From: Bacteroidales bacterium
GTDB taxonomy: Bacteria > Bacteroidota > Bacteroidia > Bacteroidales > FEN-979
Assembly (NCBI GenBank): GCA_049520195.1
Contig: JBEKQA010000001.1
Span: forward strand, 1-55,049
DNA: 55,049 bases
Direction of reading: 5' to 3'
The notes below the pieces were generated by a model. It was given only the letters and a program-made list of their open reading frames with translations. It was not told where the DNA came from and did no database searches. The translations under genes and the position numbers were made by a program. Positions 27,778-36,730 of the stretch are shown piece by piece. Position 1 is the stretch's first letter. Every line of letters begins with the position of its first letter.

Positions 27778-29001
27778 CTATTCGAAGGATTTCAGAGAAA
27801 CCCGGATGATCTCGACTGCCTCTCTCACTTGTGCCTCATTAATGACCAGTGGAGGTGCAAAACGGATGATATGATCGTGGGTCGGCTTTGCCAAAAGTCC
27901 GTTATCACGCATTTTAAGGCAAACATCCCATGCTGTCTTTTCGTTCATAGGCTTGATGACAACAGCATTGAGTAAACCTTTGCCTCTCACAAGCTCGACC
28001 ATTAGCGAATGGATCTTCTCCATTTCAGATCTGAAGATGATACCCATTTTATAAGCATTATCTGCAAGTTTTTCATCCCTGATCACTTCCAGGGCTGCAA
28101 TGGCGACACGGCTGGCTACGGGATTTCCTCCAAATGTTGAACCATGCTCTCCTGGCTTTATTGTCAGCATAATGGGGTCATCAGCAAGTACTGCAGATAT
28201 CGGGTAAACACCGCCTGACAATGCTTTGCCCAGGATCAATACATCAGGACGAACTCCTTCCCAATCACAGGCTAGTAGTTTCCCTGTTCTTGCAATCCCT
28301 GTCTGAACTTCATCGGCAATAAAAAGCACATTCTTTGCCTTGCACATTTCATATGCCTTTTTCAGATATCCTTCATCAGGAACAGAAACTCCTGCTTCTC
28401 CCTGTATCGGCTCGACAAGAAAACCAGCCACATTCTGATCTTCAAGCGCTTTTTCCAGAGCTTTCAGATCATTGTAGGGAATCGGGATAAAACCCGGTGT
28501 AAACGGGCCAAAGTCGTCTCTTGCCTGTGGATCATTCGACATAGAGATAACCGAAATAGTGCGACCATGAAAATTATTTTCACAACAGATGATCTTTGCC
28601 TGATTTTCCGGCACCCCTTTTACCTTGTAAGCCCATTTACGGGTAAGTTTAAGTGCCGTTTCATCACCCTCAGCACCGGAATTCATGGGTAAGACACGCT
28701 GGTAACCGAAATATTCAGTGACAAACTTTTCATAAACCCCAAGCACGTCGTTATAAAATGCCCTTGATGTCAGCTCTAATGTGCTTGCCTGGTCGATCAT
28801 CGCCTGGATGATCTTTGGGTGACAATGACCTTGGTTTACAGCAGAATATGCAGATAAAAAATCAAAGTATCGCTTGCCTTCTATGTCCCACATGAAGATA
28901 CCCTGTCCCTTGGCAAGTACAACCGGCAATGGATGATAATTATGCGCTCCAAACCTGTCTTCCAGGTCCATTGCCATTTGAGAAGTTTTAATTTCATTCA
29001 T
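27778..29001 (-). CDS. rocD: Ornithine--oxo-acid aminotransferase
   Basis: 407 aa with [35 protein letters not shown] and LGKALSGG (PLP Lys) motifs of class III aminotransferases of the OAT type. Confidence 0.9.
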   Translation of the reverse strand: MNEIKTSQMAMDLEDRFGAHNYHPLPVVLAKGQGIFMWDIEGKRYFDFLSAYSAVNQGHCHPKIIQAMIDQASTLELTSRAFYNDVLGVYEKFVTEYFGYQRVLPMNSGAEGDETALKLTRKWAYKVKGVPENQAKIICCENNFHGRTISVISMSNDPQARDDFGPFTPGFIPIPYNDLKALEKALEDQNVAGFLVEPIQGEAGVSVPDEGYLKKAYEMCKAKNVLFIADEVQTGIARTGKLLACDWEGVRPDVLILGKALSGGVYPISAVLADDPIMLTIKPGEHGSTFGGNPVASRVAIAALEVIRDEKLADNAYKMGIIFRSEMEKIHSLMVELVRGKGLLNAVVIKPMNEKTAWDVCLKMRDNGLLAKPTHDHIIRFAPPLVINEAQVREAVEIIRVSLKSFE

Positions 29002-29018
29002 AAAGATTCCTGATAGTT

Positions 29019-29960
29019 TTATCGTGTAACAATAAATGTTCCCGAGTTAAGGAGTTTTGAATTTTCAATCAACTTATAATAATAGGTTCCCGAGCTAAGA
29101 TCACTGACACTAATCTGTTTTGAGTTTCCATTCATGGTAAACTGACGGATCAGTCTTGCTTGTGCATCATAGATTTCAAAATATCCATTCTCTATATTGC
29201 GTCCGACCTGGATTTTCAGGTTATCTGAAGTAGGATTCGGAGATATTTTAACGTTTACAGAAGGCATAAGAAGAAGTGGAAAGCCACTTACACCGGTAAG
29301 ATTTACATCATCAAACATTGCCATGCTACCGACCTGACCCTGACTGCCAAACATATTAAGAGCGTTAAAACCTGCACAGGATAAATATAAAATAGTGAGT
29401 GTATCGGGTATCGTTGATTGATCAATGTAATCAACGGCTGTATCAAATTTTGTCCAGGAATTAACAGTACCACGGAATACTAAACGATTATAGGCAAGGG
29501 TATCACGATGGTGGGTTGAGTTATTCCATTTTGAAAGCAAAAGAACTGCTGCAGAGGAATCGTTTGAAAGTGGATAAGATTGATAGTAACCTGAAAATCT
29601 CGTTGGTAACGTAGTACCGTATGGATATCGAATCCCTAGAATTGCTTTTTCAGTTAACCAGCTGATCCTTAATGTACCAATAACACCAGGGATTTTTACA
29701 TTCAGATAGGAAATATATCGTGTAACCAACCGTGCCGAATAGTTGCCACTATGGGCGGTATCACAACGATAGACACTGATTCCCGCGCCAACAGAATCGA
29801 GAGCATTTAATGTTGAAAAGATACTGCTATCCGGTTCATAATAATTCCATTTACTGTTTAATTTCCATGATTCGAATGTACCTCCACGGATATTTTCCTG
29901 TCCATAACCAAAAGTAAAAATGCAAAAAACAATAACTACAAGTGAAACCAATTTTTTCAT
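29019..29960 (-). CDS. Secreted protein with T9SS type A C-terminal sorting domain (N-terminal part possibly PCMD-like)
   Basis: 313 aa with a signal peptide. The C-terminus [15 protein letters not shown]...[11 protein letters not shown]...[10 protein letters not shown] fits the Por secretion tail pattern. The N-terminal GGTFESW start resembles putative carbohydrate-metabolism-domain proteins, though that resemblance is weak. Confidence 0.7.
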   Translation of the reverse strand: MKKLVSLVVIVFCIFTFGYGQENIRGGTFESWKLNSKWNYYEPDSSIFSTLNALDSVGAGISVYRCDTAHSGNYSARLVTRYISYLNVKIPGVIGTLRISWLTEKAILGIRYPYGTTLPTRFSGYYQSYPLSNDSSAAVLLLSKWNNSTHHRDTLAYNRLVFRGTVNSWTKFDTAVDYIDQSTIPDTLTILYLSCAGFNALNMFGSQGQVGSMAMFDDVNLTGVSGFPLLLMPSVNVKISPNPTSDNLKIQVGRNIENGYFEIYDAQARLIRQFTMNGNSKQISVSDLSSGTYYYKLIENSKLLNSGTFIVTR

Positions 29961-29985
29961 AATGAAGATTTTAATAATTTAAATA

Positions 29986-32391
29986 TTAAATATGTAAAAG
30001 AACTTGTAAAGAAGTCGTTCTGGGTGGTTCTATTGTCATGGGTCTCAATGAATATTCCGTATTAAAGAAATTCTTCACCAGGAAGGAAAATTTGAAATCT
30101 CTGTAGGAATAACTTACCCGGCCATCAACAATGAAATTGCCGTTATGGTGTGCCTCCCGGTATTCTATAATTCCTGAATGCATCACCGGTTCAAGGTTTA
30201 TAAGATCCGCATCAATATTTTTCATGTACCCATAATAATTCCCCGAGAAGCCAATTCCGAATTGTTTTTTAAAAGTCAGCTGAAAATCTGATTTAAAAAG
30301 ACTCTGAATACGATATTTCAGAATATTTCCACTTGGATCCGAGGAAGTACTTACAAATGAGTAATTTCGGATATTCCCTGTGGCAACTTCTTTGTGAGTG
30401 TAGTATATAAGATCTGGCTCAAGTGCTTTAGGAACGGAATAAGTGTAGCCTAGAAGCAGTGAAAGATCCAGGTTACGCGCAATTCTGCCTTCCCCACCTA
30501 CTGACATATCTGCTCCATATATCCGTGCAGGTCCTGTGTTGAGAAACTTGAAACCGGCACTTTGGCTGAGCAATGTATTGCCCCAATCCCCAAAATTAAA
30601 CTCTATATAATTCTTGTAATTCTCCAGGAAACCTGAAAGATCTGCCATTCCGGTAAATTTTCCAATCTTAAACAATTGTTTGATCCCAAGCTCATAGGAG
30701 TTACAGGTTTCTGATTTAAGATCAGGATTGGGGTAAAACCCATACCCACCTGAATTGGTTGTAATGTACCTTTCACCAATGCTTGGCGCCCTGTATCCTT
30801 GTCCGGCTGAAGCTCTGAAAAATGTAGCTTTGCCAACCCTCATATTTACACCGGCTCTGAGAATAGGCTTATTCTCAGTCAAATCTGCAATATTATAATA
30901 TTCCCACCTCCCACCAAACAGTATGGTCAGCCGGTCAAAGAACTTTTTCTCAAGCTGCGCATAAGCTGCCAGGTTCTCAGAAGTATATGTGCCATTCTCA
31001 TTGGCAGCAGTAGTTCCCAATGAATCAAGTTTACCTGAAAAGACCTTACCGAAGGAATATGAATAGATATTGGTTATACCCGTAACCAGAACTAATTCTT
31101 TCACCTTTTGAAATTTCCGGGTATACTGAAATTCATTATAAATGCTCACAAACATGCTTGACTGGTTGTTATTAGCATCTGTATTCCCGTAATAAATACG
31201 GTTTTTCAGACTGTAACTGTTCCCCTTTTTTGTGAAATATTTGATATAGGGATCTGCGTAAAAGGAAAATTCCTTAAAGTGCGATAATGCACCAGGATAA
31301 GCCCTGTACAAATTAGTATCTGCATTTTGCCAGAAGTAGGTCTCCGCGTATTCATTGTACATGAAGTTGCCATTCAGGCCGTAAGTCAAGCCTGCAATTT
31401 TTTTGTTACGAACCCGGGTTATAAAATAGAATTTCCCTCTTTTTGTGAATGCTCCCTTGTTAAAATTCGTATCTCGAACCGTTTCTGCCGTACCTCTGAT
31501 GTAACCCTGATCATTATAAATGCTCGCACCTACACCCAGGTCAAAATTGTCGACCTGCTGAAGATGAGAGACTGTTAACCCATAAATAATAGGATTCATT
31601 CCAGTCCAGGGTGTTGCATAAGTTCTGTCGGGTTTACTGTAAACTCCCAGGAATGAATTTACAATTGTTACGGGCTTATCCGTAGGATAGGAAGTACGGA
31701 TATTGATGGCGCCTGTAATGGCTGAGGATCCATATACTACTGATGAAGCTCCTTTGACCACCTCAATCTGATCTACATCATCTACCGGCAAAAATCCCCA
31801 ATCGGGGCGTCCTGCATTACCGCTCAGCATCGGAATATCATCCACCATCACCATTACTCTGCTTCCAAGTCCCGAACTAAAGCCACTCCCTCCACGAATC
31901 TGGGGCTCATTATTCACAATGGTGACTCCTGGGATCTTTTCAATTGCTTTATCAATACTGCTGGGATTTGATGCTAATATGGAAGGTGATTTCAACACTT
32001 CAATTGTGGAAATTGAATTCTCCACTTTCTGCTCATATTTTGATCCAGACACCACGAAGGTGCTTAATTCCTGGGAAATGGGGGTCATCTGGATATCAAG
32101 TAAGACCTTCTTCTTGCCGTCAATATTGATATGCTTTTCCTGCTTTTCATAACCCACACAGGATATGATCAGAACCGTCTCTCCTTTGGATAATTCAAGC
32201 TGGTATAATCCGTTGTTATCACTGAAAGTGCCTGTGGACAGTCCTTTTATGCCGATATTGACAAATGGCAAACGTTCCCCGGTCTGTTCATCAACAACTT
32301 TTCCCTGCACTACACAGGTTTGAGCCTTGATTCCCGAAAAGGATACAAGGGTTAAAGTTATCATCAAAAGAAGCAGGTAGAAATATTTCAT
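29986..32391 (-). CDS. TonB-dependent receptor with carboxypeptidase-regulatory-like domain
   Basis: I prefer the ATG giving MKYFYLLLLMITLTLVSFSGIKAQ. It has a CarbopepD_reg region (VQGKVVDEQTGERLPFVNIGIKG), a plug (QIRGGSGFSSGLGSRVMVMVDDIP) and a barrel. Confidence 0.85.
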   Translation of the reverse strand: MKYFYLLLLMITLTLVSFSGIKAQTCVVQGKVVDEQTGERLPFVNIGIKGLSTGTFSDNNGLYQLELSKGETVLIISCVGYEKQEKHINIDGKKKVLLDIQMTPISQELSTFVVSGSKYEQKVENSISTIEVLKSPSILASNPSSIDKAIEKIPGVTIVNNEPQIRGGSGFSSGLGSRVMVMVDDIPMLSGNAGRPDWGFLPVDDVDQIEVVKGASSVVYGSSAITGAINIRTSYPTDKPVTIVNSFLGVYSKPDRTYATPWTGMNPIIYGLTVSHLQQVDNFDLGVGASIYNDQGYIRGTAETVRDTNFNKGAFTKRGKFYFITRVRNKKIAGLTYGLNGNFMYNEYAETYFWQNADTNLYRAYPGALSHFKEFSFYADPYIKYFTKKGNSYSLKNRIYYGNTDANNNQSSMFVSIYNEFQYTRKFQKVKELVLVTGITNIYSYSFGKVFSGKLDSLGTTAANENGTYTSENLAAYAQLEKKFFDRLTILFGGRWEYYNIADLTENKPILRAGVNMRVGKATFFRASAGQGYRAPSIGERYITTNSGGYGFYPNPDLKSETCNSYELGIKQLFKIGKFTGMADLSGFLENYKNYIEFNFGDWGNTLLSQSAGFKFLNTGPARIYGADMSVGGEGRIARNLDLSLLLGYTYSVPKALEPDLIYYTHKEVATGNIRNYSFVSTSSDPSGNILKYRIQSLFKSDFQLTFKKQFGIGFSGNYYGYMKNIDADLINLEPVMHSGIIEYREAHHNGNFIVDGRVSYSYRDFKFSFLVKNFFNTEYSLRPMTIEPPRTTSLQVLLHI

Positions 32392-32447
32392 TCTATCAGT
32401 TTTATGGAACAAAATTAGCATAATTTATCAAAAATAAATGAAAAACC

Positions 32448-34346
32448 TTAACCCACAACAGCTCCATTATTGATTATCAACATTTTGTATTTTTCGGAAG
32501 GCGATGGTATTAGGGGCCCTAATCCAAATTTGTCCCACTCAGCATCAATTTTCCTTGTGATATTATCATCCATTACTATGACATTGGGCCAGTCACGTGT
32601 AAAACTGTCTAAATCCTTTGTCTTGCGTGTGCCATCTATTACCAGCATGGGGTAATATGCGCCTCCATCATTGACAGGATTAAAACAATCCCTCATTGGA
32701 TCAATATTGTTACCAGCGATCCATGCGATATCCATCGGAGAAAAAATATCGATATTCGGATCGAGAAAAAGGAGAAACTTAATATCCTTTATTAGTCCCT
32801 TTTTCATGAATTCTGCACTCAGATCCCTCAGATGGCAAATTCTGTTCTTTTTTATCGTGATCACAATAAGCGAAATTCCTTCTGAAAGGAATCTGTCGTT
32901 GATGGCAATCACCTCGGGAAATCTCTTAAGAATAGCCTTGGAATTAATGAAAGAATTAGTTGGTTTGGAGGAAGTGTCTTCAATTTCTTCCGGCCACTTT
33001 ATTGTGGCATCGATTCCAATCTTGCTACCGAACGAAAAGCGGCGGCTGGAATGATCAAGGATGTCAACGGGACCTTTTATGAACTGGATATCCTGTAAAG
33101 GATCAGTTCTACGGGAAACCTCTATTGCAACCGCTTTGTAATCATTCAGATCCACATCGCTACTCAATACTATCATAATCTTGTTGAACATCATTTGCCC
33201 AGCTCCCCAGAGAGAAGTCATAATTTTCAATCCTTGTCCCGGAAATGACTTTTCAATTCTCGTGAGTGCAATATTATGGAAGGCGCCGGCCACGGGCATG
33301 TTGATGTCTTTCAATTCAGGGACTGAAACGAGTTTCATAGGAAATAGAAACAGACGTTCCGTTGCCTTTCCAATCCAACCATCTTCCATAGGCGGGATTC
33401 CAACAACCGTTGTTGGATATATTGCATATTTTCTGTGCGTTATACATGTAACATGAAAACAGGGATAAAAATCTGCCAATGAATAAAAGCCCGTATGATC
33501 ACCAAATGGTCCTTCAAGCAGAAAATCCTCTTCCGGATCAACAAAACCTTCAATGACAAAATCTACATCAGAAGGCACCTCAAGATCGTTCGTCAGACAT
33601 CGCACCAGGTCGACTTTCTTTTTCCGCAAAAACCCGGACAGCATATACTCATCAACATTCTCGGGTAACGGTGCCGTCGCAACGTAGGTATATGCAGGAT
33701 CGCCGCCGAGAGTGACGGTCACAGGCATTTTCTTCCCAAGTTCCTTGTATTTCGAAAAATGATGTGCTGAACCTTTATGACGATGCCAGTGCATCCCGGT
33801 CAGGGCAGGTCCGAAAACCTGCATACGATACATTCCCTGATTGCGAATGCCGGTAACCGGATCTTTGGTATGAACCACCGGAAGTGTTATAAAAGGTCCT
33901 CCATCTGCAGGCCAGCAAGTTAGCACTGGAATCCTGGAAAGATCAGGTTTATCCATTATGACTTCCTGGCAACTGCCTTTCCTTTTAATCGACCTGGGTA
34001 TCCAGGATGAGATCTCCTTCAGGGCAGGAAGGATCTTAAGTTTCTCCAGGAAAGTTTCTTTTGGACCAATAAATTCCTGCAACATCTTACCCAGATCTTC
34101 TCCTGCAGAGTCAAGGTTTAAGACACCCAATGCCATGCACATCCTCTTTTCAGAACCGAAGGCATTTATTAAAACCGGGAAGTCAGTACCATTGTTTTCG
34201 AATAAGAGTGCCTTACCATTGTTCTTACAAATCCGGTCGGTAATCTCGGTGATCTTCAGATGAGGCGAAACAAATGCTTTAATCCTCACCAGCTCACCGG
34301 CAGCTTCAAGTGCTGAAACGAATTCTGACAGGGTCTTATAAGCCAT
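32448..34346 (-). CDS. UbiD family (prenylated-FMN dependent) decarboxylase, long form
   Basis: 632 aa. The N-terminal roughly 470 aa look UbiD-like (LSEFVSALEAAGELVRI, QGMYRMQV, HWHRHKG, GPFGDHTGFY). About 140 extra C-terminal residues follow. Confidence 0.8.
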   Translation of the reverse strand: MAYKTLSEFVSALEAAGELVRIKAFVSPHLKITEITDRICKNNGKALLFENNGTDFPVLINAFGSEKRMCMALGVLNLDSAGEDLGKMLQEFIGPKETFLEKLKILPALKEISSWIPRSIKRKGSCQEVIMDKPDLSRIPVLTCWPADGGPFITLPVVHTKDPVTGIRNQGMYRMQVFGPALTGMHWHRHKGSAHHFSKYKELGKKMPVTVTLGGDPAYTYVATAPLPENVDEYMLSGFLRKKKVDLVRCLTNDLEVPSDVDFVIEGFVDPEEDFLLEGPFGDHTGFYSLADFYPCFHVTCITHRKYAIYPTTVVGIPPMEDGWIGKATERLFLFPMKLVSVPELKDINMPVAGAFHNIALTRIEKSFPGQGLKIMTSLWGAGQMMFNKIMIVLSSDVDLNDYKAVAIEVSRRTDPLQDIQFIKGPVDILDHSSRRFSFGSKIGIDATIKWPEEIEDTSSKPTNSFINSKAILKRFPEVIAINDRFLSEGISLIVITIKKNRICHLRDLSAEFMKKGLIKDIKFLLFLDPNIDIFSPMDIAWIAGNNIDPMRDCFNPVNDGGAYYPMLVIDGTRKTKDLDSFTRDWPNVIVMDDNITRKIDAEWDKFGLGPLIPSPSEKYKMLIINNGAVVG

Positions 34347-34411
34347 TGTAAAGTTTTAAGTGTTAAGCAAGTAAGGATGAATTGCTGGATATACTTAATA
34401 ACCTTTTATAC

Positions 34412-34822
34412 TTAATTGACTTTATATGTTTTAGTACTGAACTTCTCCGGTTTATTGGCATTGTATTTAGAAGGACATTTGAGCAGAAGGCTGGAAGCAA
34501 CAAACTCATCATTCTGCATAGAACCAATGACGACTACTTTTTCCGATTTCTCAAAATCCTGAGGCTTTACGCTTTTATATATCACCTTTTTCTCCAATCC
34601 TTTATCATCAATCAGAAAAAAAGAAAATTTGTTGACATTTTTCGTCGCATCATAATCTAAAGGTTTTGTCTTGTCGAGCTGACCTATTATATGGAATTCT
34701 TTTCCTGGCGTCAGGGCGGCTTCCGAGAAATTGGCATAGGTACTGGAATCAGTCAGTGTAGTTACCACGACAGCAACTGCAATCACCAATACCAGCAAGA
34801 TAACTATATGAATCGTTTTCAT
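34412..34822 (-). CDS. ccmE: Cytochrome c maturation haem chaperone CcmE, CxxxY variant
   Basis: 136 aa with an N-terminal TM anchor and an OB-fold-like body (FHIIGQLDK..., VVVIGSMQNDEFVASSLLLK). CPSKY stands where canonical CcmE has HDENY. Its ATG overlaps the stop of the upstream small ORF (ATGA). Confidence 0.85.
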   Translation of the reverse strand: MKTIHIVILLVLVIAVAVVVTTLTDSSTYANFSEAALTPGKEFHIIGQLDKTKPLDYDATKNVNKFSFFLIDDKGLEKKVIYKSVKPQDFEKSEKVVVIGSMQNDEFVASSLLLKCPSKYNANKPEKFSTKTYKVN

Positions 34823-34965
34823 TTTTCCTTTTCCGGATTTTGCTCTTTAACTTCTTTTTCAAGCCTTGTCACTTTCCTGTCGATGACAAATAGGTAAATA
34901 AAAATGCCTACGAGGATCAGGGCCAGAACGACTACTACAACTAAGATCTTTCCATTTGCAAGCAT
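34819..34965 (-). CDS. ccmD: CcmD-like small membrane protein (48 aa)
   Basis: Not in the track because it is under 60 aa. My translation is MLANGKILVVVVVLALILVGIFIYLFVIDRKVTRLEKEVKEQNPEKEK: a single TM helix plus a charged tail. It starts 6 nt after the ccmC stop, and its TGA overlaps the ccmE ATG. Confidence 0.7.
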   Translation of the reverse strand: MLANGKILVVVVVLALILVGIFIYLFVIDRKVTRLEKEVKEQNPEKEK

Positions 34966-34971
34966 GAGGCT

Positions 34972-35658
34972 TTATTTATTATTGATGATCAGTATAATTT
35001 TTTTTATCCGCAACCTGATTTGATAGATCCAGAGGCCAAGCAAAATCCATCCCACCATGGCAGGATAGAAAATAAGACGCATGGATGTCGGCAGATGCAT
35101 CGGCAACATAGTGTTGGCATTGCCTCCACCGGCAGGATGAATGCTTTCACCTGCGAGACGAGGCAGTATGATGACAAGAACAATCCAAAGGAAGAATGCA
35201 AAGATGTTATAAATCGCTACAACTTTTGCCCGTTTATGCGTATCGTCAATAGAACCACGGAGAATTGCATAGGCAAGATAGATAAGCAATCCGACTGCAG
35301 CGCCGTTAAGTTTTGGGTCCTTGACCCATGGTGCGCCCCATGTAAAGTTGGCCCAAATCATCCCCGTTATAATTCCAAGAACGCCGAACATCAATCCAAC
35401 ATTCACTGCCTCAACTGCCTTGATATCTTCCTGTTCATCAAAATTCCTCAGATACCTTAAACTGTAAATGAATCCCATGATCATCATGGTGAGCATGCCA
35501 AACCACATTCCAACATGAAAGAAGATATTTCGCATTGACTCTGCAGCCACCTCCATGCCAGTAAAATTAACATTGATAAAAAATCCACCAATGATTGCAT
35601 AGAATAACAGCACCCCTGCAAGTATCTTCCACCAGTAATGTTTCAATTGTCCTTTCAT
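34972..35658 (-). CDS. ccmC: Haem exporter protein CcmC
   Basis: 228 aa polytopic protein. The Trp-rich WWD-type motif NFTWGAPWVKDPKLNG is present, along with the flanking His residues. Confidence 0.88.
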   Translation of the reverse strand: MKGQLKHYWWKILAGVLLFYAIIGGFFINVNFTGMEVAAESMRNIFFHVGMWFGMLTMMIMGFIYSLRYLRNFDEQEDIKAVEAVNVGLMFGVLGIITGMIWANFTWGAPWVKDPKLNGAAVGLLIYLAYAILRGSIDDTHKRAKVVAIYNIFAFFLWIVLVIILPRLAGESIHPAGGGNANTMLPMHLPTSMRLIFYPAMVGWILLGLWIYQIRLRIKKIILIINNK

Positions 35659-35665
35659 TTATATT

Positions 35666-36325
35666 TTAATCACGCCAAAGGTAAGGAAATAATAAATAAG
35701 CCAGGATGATAACGGCTACACTAATGGTAACCAGAATAATGATAAATCCATAATTTCCAGACCATTGTGAAACTGAGAGCGCACTCTTTGAAACTTTCAT
35801 CAGAGTCTCTAACAGAGGCAGAACGATGGGGAAACTCAGAATCGCCATCAAAGAAAAATTATTGCTTGCCCTTGATGCAATTGCAGCAACCATCGTAAGA
35901 ATTGAAGCCAATCCGAGACTTCCAAGTATAAGGCATATAATGAACAAAGAAATATTGACCACCAGATTCCCCATAAGTAACAGAAAAAAAACAAAGGAGA
36001 GTACAGAAAGGATGGTCATCAGGAGAAGGTTATAGATTATTTTTGAAAGCAATAATGCCTGTGGACTTGCAATGGTATAATAATAGAGATGTCGAGCAGG
36101 ACTCTCCTGGATAAAGCTTTTAGAAATGCCGTTCACGGCAACAAAGAGAAGTATAATCCAGAAGAGTGAATTCCACGTATCTGTATCAATGATTCTCTCA
36201 AAGGCAAGGTAAGAAACAAAGATTGTAGAGATCAGGTAGAGCAATATTCCGTTCAGAACATATTTTTGCTTCAGTTCAAGGCGAATCTCCTTGCCAATCA
36301 GATGTTTAATCTCGTTTCCCAGCAT
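35666..36325 (-). CDS. ccmB: Haem exporter membrane protein CcmB
   Basis: 219 aa with six predicted TM helices. It has a CcmB-like layout including the LSFPIVLPLL segment and is positioned directly upstream of ccmC. Confidence 0.75.
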   Translation of the reverse strand: MLGNEIKHLIGKEIRLELKQKYVLNGILLYLISTIFVSYLAFERIIDTDTWNSLFWIILLFVAVNGISKSFIQESPARHLYYYTIASPQALLLSKIIYNLLLMTILSVLSFVFFLLLMGNLVVNISLFIICLILGSLGLASILTMVAAIASRASNNFSLMAILSFPIVLPLLETLMKVSKSALSVSQWSGNYGFIIILVTISVAVIILAYLLFPYLWRD

Positions 36326-36347
36326 TCTTATGCGATGTTACCTGAAA

Positions 36348-36355
36348 CAAAAGTA
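36348..36355 (-). promoter_or_regulatory. -7 box (TActTTTG) directly upstream of ccmB
   Basis: Plus strand CAAAAGTA is TACTTTTG on the minus strand, 22 nt upstream of the ccmB ATG. Confidence 0.45.
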
Positions 36356-36570
36356 ATGAATTTACCTATTGAACATTCACAAAGAAGGAAGCAATCATAT
36401 TGGGCAATTTCCTTTTTACAGGTCAACTGACCTTTTCATTATCTTAGAAAAACTAATACATTCAGCAGCATTAACTTACTGTTTTTGAAAAAGTAACAAC
36501 ATTTCTCTATGAAATTTCGTTTTTTAACAAACTGAATATTATGATGTTGATAGAATAAATGACATTGTTC

Positions 36571-36647
36571 CTATAGACTTTCTATAGACTCTCTATAGAC
36601 TTTGTTCGCTCTTCCTTCGCTTTAGGTTCAGTCATCGTTCATCCCAG
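36571..36647. repeat. Intergenic 11-bp-phased repeat array (island 3)
   Basis: CTATAGACTTT CTATAGACTCT CTATAGACTTT GTTCGCTCTTC CTTCGCTTTAG GTTCAGTCATC GTTCATCCCAG: seven consecutive 11-bp units. Confidence 0.85.
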
Positions 36648-36654
36648 GTACTTT

Positions 36655-36691
36655 AAAAAAATGGGTGTCTCAAAATTGAGACACCCATTTT
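36655..36691 (-). terminator. Rho-independent (potentially bidirectional) terminator after the BNR/T9SS gene
   Basis: ATGGGTGTCTCA-AAAT-TGAGACACCCAT is a perfect 12-bp stem flanked by A6 on one side and T-run on the other. It lies 40 nt beyond the stop at 36731. Confidence 0.8.
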
Positions 36692-36730
36692 AATTCTGAA
36701 GAATTTTTCATTCTTCAATACTGATCTTTT

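Noticed and set aside
35020-35460. 146-aa plus-strand ORF antisense to ccmC; similar cases are 44590-45039 in ettA, 13314-13700 in the T9SS cargo gene, 1391-1870 across TetR/peroxiredoxin and 25290-25718 in the TBDR gene
   Set aside because: All are embedded antisense in genes with strong family signatures. None has a recognisable motif or promoter context.
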